From: Candidatus Aenigmatarchaeota archaeon
Lineage (GTDB): Archaea; Aenigmatarchaeota; Aenigmatarchaeia; CG10238-14; SpSt-28
Direction of reading: 5' to 3'
Length of the DNA stretch: 35,297 bases
NCBI GenBank assembly: GCA_044343155.1
Contig: JAVZSS010000003.1
Coordinates: 1-35,297 of the forward strand
Part shown: positions 29,938 through 35,297 of the stretch, piece after piece
Layout: every line of letters begins with the position of its first letter
How positions within the stretch are numbered: position 1 is the first letter of the stretch
Program-made: the position numbers and the translations under genes
The notes under the pieces: generated by a model
Databases searched by the model: none
What the model saw: the letters and a program-made list of their open reading frames with translations, nothing else
Told to the model about the DNA's origin: nothing

Positions 29938-30255
29938 ATGAAAAGAGTTAATAGGAAAAAACCTCTATGGCAAAGAAAAATTGCAAAAGAAAGAATAGAA
30001 ATTTTACTAAAATTGGCAGAAAAGGAAATAAAAAATAATCAAGAAAGAAGTAGGAGATATGTTGAATTAGCTAGAATAATTGGAAAAAGATATAACATTA
30101 GATTGACTAAGGAACAAAAATCAAAATTTTGTAAAAAATGTAACACAATTTTAATTCCTGGCTTTACAATGAAAACTTGGTTAGATCCAAAAACAAAAAC
30201 AAAAGTCGTTAAATGCCTATTCTGTAAATATTTATATAGAACACCTTACAAATAA
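29938..30255 (+). CDS. rnp4: RNase P protein component Rpp21
   Basis: IAKERIEIL, RRYVELA, FCKKC...IPG...KCLFC....R.PY. Confidence 0.93.
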   Translation: MKRVNRKKPLWQRKIAKERIEILLKLAEKEIKNNQERSRRYVELARIIGKRYNIRLTKEQKSKFCKKCNTILIPGFTMKTWLDPKTKTKVVKCLFCKYLYRTPYK

Positions 30256-30259
30256 AATT

Positions 30260-30490
30260 ATGAGAGTAACAACGATTTTGGCTTTTTTAATAATGTTTTT
30301 TTCAATATTCGGACTTTTCTTTATAATAGATTCTTTAAATAAGCTTGCAGAGGACTGCCAAAAAGGTTTAGTTTCTCCAGCAATTTGTAAAAGTTTTACA
30401 GGATTTGGAATGAATATACTCTTAGTTTTACTGATTATAGGAGGTTTTATTTTAATACTATCTTCCACGATTTTTATCATTATCAGGTAG
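30260..30490 (+). CDS. Small 2-TM hypothetical protein with a Cys pair in the loop
   Basis: 76 aa, starts 4 nt after the rnp4 stop, co-oriented. Confidence 0.6.
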   Translation: MRVTTILAFLIMFFSIFGLFFIIDSLNKLAEDCQKGLVSPAICKSFTGFGMNILLVLLIIGGFILILSSTIFIIIR

Positions 30491-30525
30491 AAAACCTTTT
30501 AAATCTTTAACATCTAAACAAATAT

Positions 30526-31335
30526 ATGTCTCTTGCATCTCAAAAAGTAATGGATGCTCTAAAAACTATTGGACTTAATCTCTATGAAAGAAATATTTGG
30601 ATTGCTCTACTTACTAAAGGAGTAGCTTCGGTTGGGGAGCTAGCAGATTTGTCAGGAGTTCCGAGAAGTAGGGCATATGACATTTTAGAAAGTTTAGCAA
30701 ACAAAGGATTTATCGTTTTACAACCAACAAAACCATTAAAAGCAATTGCCCTTCCTCCAGAAGAAGCTTTAGAAAGAGTAAAGAAGAAAATGGAGGAGAA
30801 TTTAAAAACACAAATAGAAAGAATTGAAGAGTTAAAAGAAAGTCAAGTAATGAAAGAGTTGGTTTCATTATATAAATCTGGAATTAAAACAGTTTCTCCA
30901 GAAGAAATTGTAGGAACACTAAAAGGGGAATCCGTATTTCAACAACTTGAGAGTATGCTAAAAGTAGCAAACAAAAAAATAAGCATACTTACAACTCAAG
31001 AAGGTCTAGAAGTTATTGCTAAAAACCAATTTGAGTTGTTAAAGAAAGCAAAAGAAAGGGGTGTTGACATAAAAATTATAACAACATCTTCGAGCAATAA
31101 AATTAAAGATGAAATAAAAAATTTGTGTGAAATAGCAAAAATTAGAGTAATAAACGAAAAAGAAACGCCAATAAAAGGAGAGTTTGCAATTGTAGATGGA
31201 AAAGAATTTTTAATGAATATATCAAATCCACAAGAAATTTCTTCAAAAATTGCAATATGGACAAAAAGTGATCATGCTGCAAACTTTTTTGAACCAATAT
31301 TTAATTTAATGTGGGAAAAGAGTAAAGAAATTTAA
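30526..31335 (+). CDS. TrmB-family transcriptional regulator
   Basis: GLNLYE, SGVPRSRAYDILESL..KG HTH, coiled coil, C-terminal RGVDIKII/AIVDGKE domain. Confidence 0.92.
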   Translation: MSLASQKVMDALKTIGLNLYERNIWIALLTKGVASVGELADLSGVPRSRAYDILESLANKGFIVLQPTKPLKAIALPPEEALERVKKKMEENLKTQIERIEELKESQVMKELVSLYKSGIKTVSPEEIVGTLKGESVFQQLESMLKVANKKISILTTQEGLEVIAKNQFELLKKAKERGVDIKIITTSSSNKIKDEIKNLCEIAKIRVINEKETPIKGEFAIVDGKEFLMNISNPQEISSKIAIWTKSDHAANFFEPIFNLMWEKSKEI

Positions 31336-33143
31336 AACTTAGGGAGTTTAGAAAGCTCTAGTGGCAAAGAAATTTCTAGTTTTGGATAACCTTCCGTTTT
31401 TTCTTCAATTTCTTTTATTAATTCTTCTATTTTCATTTCTCTAATTTCTTTTCCCCTCTCTCTAACAGAAACAACATTTTTTCTGATTTCTTTTTCTCCA
31501 ATAACAACTATATAGTTTATCCAATTTATTTCGGCATCCCTAATCTTTTTTTCTAAAGTTTCATTCCTATCATCAACTTGAACTCTAATTCTATTATTTT
31601 TAAGTAAAGTTCCTATCTTCAATGCCTCATCTAAAAACTTATTAGAAATTGGTAAAACTCTAACTTGGATAGGAGAAAGCCAAAGAGGAAAACTTTTTTC
31701 TTTGACAGCATTATCTAACAATACATACAAAAATCTTTCAAGACTTCCTAAAATAGCTGAATGTAAAATTATAGGATATTTTATTTTCCCATTTTCATCT
31801 ATATATTTAATTCCGAATCTTTCTGCATTTCCAGTATCAATTTGTACAGTCCCTATTTCTCTTGCTCTACCTAATTCATCAATGATGTGATATTCTATAT
31901 TTAAAGTCCAGTAATATTTAATGCCTGAAGGATAAACACACATTAATATTGGTCCATTTTCTCTTTCCAAGAGTTTATTGAAAAACTCTTTATTATTTTC
32001 ATAAAAATCAAAAGAAGAAAGGTTATACAAAGAAACATATTTTCTACCCAACTTTTCCATTTCTCTATGAATTATATCATGCAAAAGTAAAAACATTTGT
32101 TTAGCTTCTTCCATATCTTTACAAAAAACATGCAAATCTGGCATCCAGAATTTTCTCATTCTAAAACAAAGCAAAGTTTCTCCAGATTGCTCAAATCTAT
32201 AACTATCGGCTATTTCAAACATTCCAAATGGTAAGTTTTTATAGCTAATTTGCCAGTCTTTTGCAATTGAAAATTGTTGAAAACATGCTGCATATCTCAT
32301 AACAAGCTTTCTATCTTCAGCTTCGACCATGTACATTCTTTGACCGAAAAGAGAAGCGTGCTCAGCAATGGCTTTTTGCTTTAAATCAAACATATTAGTT
32401 CCTTTAACAAAATATACTGGAAATGGTAATTTTTTAACTATACTAGAAACATATTCTGCTAATAAGTCCATAATAAAAGAAGCATAAGGTCCATATCTCA
32501 TATGTCCTATATCCGAAAATTCCTCCCACTCTATTCCAATTCTTTTTCCTATTTCCAAATAACTTGGTTTAGGATTTTCTTTTCCTTTAATGTCAAAAGC
32601 CTCTTGCTCAACAAGTATTTTAAATTCTTTTTCATTTTCCTTAAAATTATAATCTTTAACATCTAAAAGTTTGCCCTCCTTAGTTAAAACAAAATATTTC
32701 TTTTCTATCTTTTTTTCTTCAACTTTTTCTTTAATTTTTTTAATATCTTTAAGTTGCTCTGCTAAAGAATGTCCTTTGATAGAAAAAGATAATTTTTTGG
32801 TCCAACCAAATGGAGCTCTATAAACCTCTATTCCTCTCTCTTTCCCAAATTCCTCCATCTTTTTTAAAATTTGTAAAGAAGAAACAGGATCCGCTAAATC
32901 TTTTGATAGATGTGCATATGGATATATTAAAATTTTTTTTAATCCAAGTGCATCTAAACTCTTACATATTTCCTCTATTGCGAATTTTGCTACACTTATA
33001 TCATCTCCTTTTTCTACTGATGTCAAAAGAACTAAAATGTTTTCAAATCTATTTTTTTCTTTCTTTGTTTCTTCTGCTAAACCTATTTCTTCTTTAACTG
33101 GCTCATATTCTATCCAATCTACGTGTAATTGAAGGATTTTCAT
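31332..33143 (-). CDS. thrS: Threonyl-tRNA synthetase with archaeal N-terminal editing domain
   Basis: MKILQLH, YPYAHLS, RAPFGW editing domain; RYAAC, MPDLH and ILH Zn ligands; PLWLSPIQVRV. Confidence 0.97.
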   Translation of the reverse strand: MKILQLHVDWIEYEPVKEEIGLAEETKKEKNRFENILVLLTSVEKGDDISVAKFAIEEICKSLDALGLKKILIYPYAHLSKDLADPVSSLQILKKMEEFGKERGIEVYRAPFGWTKKLSFSIKGHSLAEQLKDIKKIKEKVEEKKIEKKYFVLTKEGKLLDVKDYNFKENEKEFKILVEQEAFDIKGKENPKPSYLEIGKRIGIEWEEFSDIGHMRYGPYASFIMDLLAEYVSSIVKKLPFPVYFVKGTNMFDLKQKAIAEHASLFGQRMYMVEAEDRKLVMRYAACFQQFSIAKDWQISYKNLPFGMFEIADSYRFEQSGETLLCFRMRKFWMPDLHVFCKDMEEAKQMFLLLHDIIHREMEKLGRKYVSLYNLSSFDFYENNKEFFNKLLERENGPILMCVYPSGIKYYWTLNIEYHIIDELGRAREIGTVQIDTGNAERFGIKYIDENGKIKYPIILHSAILGSLERFLYVLLDNAVKEKSFPLWLSPIQVRVLPISNKFLDEALKIGTLLKNNRIRVQVDDRNETLEKKIRDAEINWINYIVVIGEKEIRKNVVSVRERGKEIREMKIEELIKEIEEKTEGYPKLEISLPLELSKLPKF

Positions 33144-33179
33144 ATAAACACCTCCTTAGAGAAAAGAATAAGAAAAAAT

Positions 33180-33209
33180 TTAAATGAATGTTTGTTGATC
33201 CCCTACCAT
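33180..33209 (-). other. Putative leaderless leader peptide MVGDQQTFI upstream of thrS
   Basis: ATG 29 nt after the start of AATATAAA (33238); Thr codon at position 7; AAACATT..TTTA can pair with TAAGGAGGTGTTT (33158-33146). Confidence 0.45.
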
Positions 33210-33382
33210 TATATTCTATTACTTTTTCTATTTATATTGTTTTTCTTAATTAAACTTTCTAAATATTTTATTTTTTCTTGCCAAAACCTAACTTCTTTTA
33301 AAGTCCTTGAAGAAAATAGAGCTTCTTTTGCGAATTCTAGTTCTTGATACAAATTATCCTTAATTAAGTCTTTACCCTTCAT
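33209..33382 (-). CDS. 57-aa hypothetical protein MKGKDLIKDNLYQELEFAKEALFSSRTLKEVRFWQEKIKYLESLIKKNNINRKSNRI
   Basis: Below ORF-track cutoff; AAAGC-TTATATA promoter starts 29 nt upstream of ATG; amphipathic helical pattern. Confidence 0.65.
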   Translation of the reverse strand: MKGKDLIKDNLYQELEFAKEALFSSRTLKEVRFWQEKIKYLESLIKKNNINRKSNRI

Positions 33383-33427
33383 AATTACTATTTAGTAATT
33401 ACACTATATAAGCTTTACTATCAAGTA
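33383..33427. promoter_or_regulatory. Two TACT-N4-AGTA palindromes flanking a TATA box
   Basis: TACTATTTAGTA 33386-33397 (inside perfect AATTACTA-TT-TAGTAATT) and TACTATCAAGTA 33416-33427. Confidence 0.55.
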
Positions 33428-33468
33428 GTGGTATATATGAATAATAATTTTTCTAGATAAAATAATAT

Positions 33469-34890
33469 ATGAAGCTACAAAAGCTTTTAAAAGAAATACT
33501 AAAAGAAATTTCACCATCTAAAAAAACTGAAATTTATTTAAAATCTTTAGCTAAAAAAACTTTGAAAATTGCTAAGACTATTGCAAAAAAATATAATGCT
33601 GAGGCTATGTTAGTTGGAAGTATAGTTAGAAATACTTGGCTTCCCGATAAAAAAGAATTTGATGTTTTTATTTTATTTCCAGAAAATCTCAGTGCAAACC
33701 AATTAGAAGAATATGGATTAAAGATTGGGAAAGAAATAGTTAAGAAACTAAATGGAGAATTTTTTTTAAAATACGCACAACATCCCTATGTTTCTGCAAG
33801 AGTTAATGATGTAGAAATAGATATAGTTCCTTGTTATAAAATAAAAGATCCTAAAAATCTAAAAAGTGCAGTTGATAGAACACCATTTCATGTAAAATAC
33901 CTAAACAAAAAAATAAATAAAAAACTTGCTGGTGAAGTTAGACTCTTAAAAAAATTCTTAAGAGAACATTCTTTATATGGTGCTGATGCAAAAACAGAAG
34001 GTTTTTCTGGCTATCTTTGTGAACTTCTTATAATAAAATATAAATCTTTTCTAAATCTTTTAAAAGAATGTCAAAAATGGAAATTGGGAGAAATAATTGA
34101 TTTAGAAAATTACTACAAAAAAGAAGATTATTTAGTTTTAAGAAAAATTTTTTTCAAACAGCCTTTAATTGTTATTGACCCCACTGATAAAAATAGAAAT
34201 GTTGCTGCTGCTTTGACTTTGGAAAATTTTTTCAAATTTAAAAAAATTGCAAAAGAATTTTTACTAAATCCTTCAAAAGAAACATTCTATGGAGAAAAAA
34301 ACAAATATTTAACAGATATAGAACTTTCTAGACTGAAATTCTCTAGAGAAACTGAATTTATAGCAATCAAATTTATTCCACCAAAAATATCATCAGACAT
34401 TCTTTGGCCTCAGCTAAGAAAATTTGCAGAAAGAATAAAAAATATTTTAGAAGAAAGAAAATATGAGTTTAAAGTATTTGGATATTGCGTTTATACAGAT
34501 GAAAAAGATTTGGCTTTAGTTTTTCTTGAAATGGAAATATACAATCTTCCCAAAATTCAAAAGCTAATTGGACCTTATGTTTTTGATGAGGAAAATTCAA
34601 AAAGATTTTTAGAAGCGCATAAAGAATGTTTAAATGGTCCATATATAGAAAATGAAAGGTGGGTTGTTGAAGTTGAAAGAAAGTTTAAAAACGCGAGAGA
34701 AAAAATAATTGATAGTTTAAGTAAAAGTGTAGAAATACTAAAAGCAAAAGGTATACCAAATTATATAGCAGAAGCATTATCAAAAGGTTTTGAAGTTTTA
34801 GATTCTAAAAACATAGAAAAGCTTTTAATTGAAAGAAGAGATGTTGGCGAGGCTTTATACAAATATTTCTATAAACAAAAACTAGTATAA
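33469..34890 (+). CDS. cca: Archaeal class I CCA-adding enzyme
   Basis: VGS..RNTWL...EFDVF, YAQHPYV, DIVPC, SAVDRTPFH, GFSGYLCELL, DPTD..RNVAAA. Confidence 0.97.
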   Translation: MKLQKLLKEILKEISPSKKTEIYLKSLAKKTLKIAKTIAKKYNAEAMLVGSIVRNTWLPDKKEFDVFILFPENLSANQLEEYGLKIGKEIVKKLNGEFFLKYAQHPYVSARVNDVEIDIVPCYKIKDPKNLKSAVDRTPFHVKYLNKKINKKLAGEVRLLKKFLREHSLYGADAKTEGFSGYLCELLIIKYKSFLNLLKECQKWKLGEIIDLENYYKKEDYLVLRKIFFKQPLIVIDPTDKNRNVAAALTLENFFKFKKIAKEFLLNPSKETFYGEKNKYLTDIELSRLKFSRETEFIAIKFIPPKISSDILWPQLRKFAERIKNILEERKYEFKVFGYCVYTDEKDLALVFLEMEIYNLPKIQKLIGPYVFDEENSKRFLEAHKECLNGPYIENERWVVEVERKFKNAREKIIDSLSKSVEILKAKGIPNYIAEALSKGFEVLDSKNIEKLLIERRDVGEALYKYFYKQKLV

Positions 34891-34893
34891 GTT

Positions 34894-35297
34894 ATGATAG
34901 TTTTATATTTTTTAGGAACTGTTTCTGGAATACCGTCAAAAGATAGGAATCATCCAGCTATTGCTTTAGAATATCATTACTATAGAAAGGAAACACTTTT
35001 ATTTGATTGTGGAGAAAACACTCAAAAACAACTCATGATTTCTAAAATAAGTTTCATGGATATAGATAAAATTTTTATAACTCATTGGCATGCAGACCAT
35101 TTTGCTGGACTAATTCCTCTTCTTCAAACCATGAATATTGAAAAAAGAAAAAAAGAGTTGAAAATATTTGCTCCTGAAGCTACAAGGTTCGTTAAAAATA
35201 TATTAAGTTTGGGATATTTTGGTTTACGTTTTCCTATAACTCCAATAGATGTTCCTTTTGAAGGTAATCAAATAACAAAAATATTTGAAACAAAAGA
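34894..35297 (+). CDS. rnz: Ribonuclease Z (partial, runs off the window end)
   Basis: MIVLYFLGTVSGIPSKDRNHPA, LFDCGENTQ, IFITHWHADHFAGL. Confidence 0.92.
   Translation, partial: MIVLYFLGTVSGIPSKDRNHPAIALEYHYYRKETLLFDCGENTQKQLMISKISFMDIDKIFITHWHADHFAGLIPLLQTMNIEKRKKELKIFAPEATRFVKNILSLGYFGLRFPITPIDVPFEGNQITKIFETK

Noticed and set aside
33129-33347. 72-aa + strand ORF (also 32810..33097, 31702..31890, 30232..30480, 22679..22903, 21119..21301)
   Set aside because: Each is antisense to a better-supported gene on the other strand

Overview
AT-rich archaeal chromosomal segment. A DPANN-like lineage is inferred from gene content and divergence, not proven. It contains the rpoH-rpoB''-rpoB'/A'-rpoA''-L30e-nusA-S12-S7-EF2-EF1a-S10 cluster, interrupted between tuf and S10 by a LUD/CCG Fe-S + CcdA + thioredoxin cassette. 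Also present are TYW1, acylphosphatase, tRNA-Glu(CTC) with a T-loop BHB intron, an SRP RNA apparently lacking helix 6, a membrane protease operon, SerRS, an N-glycosylation cluster, Rpp21, TrmB, ThrRS, CCA-adding enzyme and a partial RNase Z. Top observations: (1) both aminoacyl-tRNA synthetase genes have a promoter-proximal leaderless micro-ORF (MVFQRQS*, MVGDQQTFI*) with the cognate amino acid at codon 7, in a segment complementary to the synthetase Shine-Dalgarno, suggesting leader-peptide translational attenuation; (2) RNA polymerase B' is fused in frame to A'; (3) EF-2 carries a LAGLIDADG intein in a non-canonical P-loop; (4) an unannotated 30-aa Glu/Asp/Trp peptide gene lies divergent from the SRP RNA. 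All calls come from reading motifs by eye; no database searches were run.
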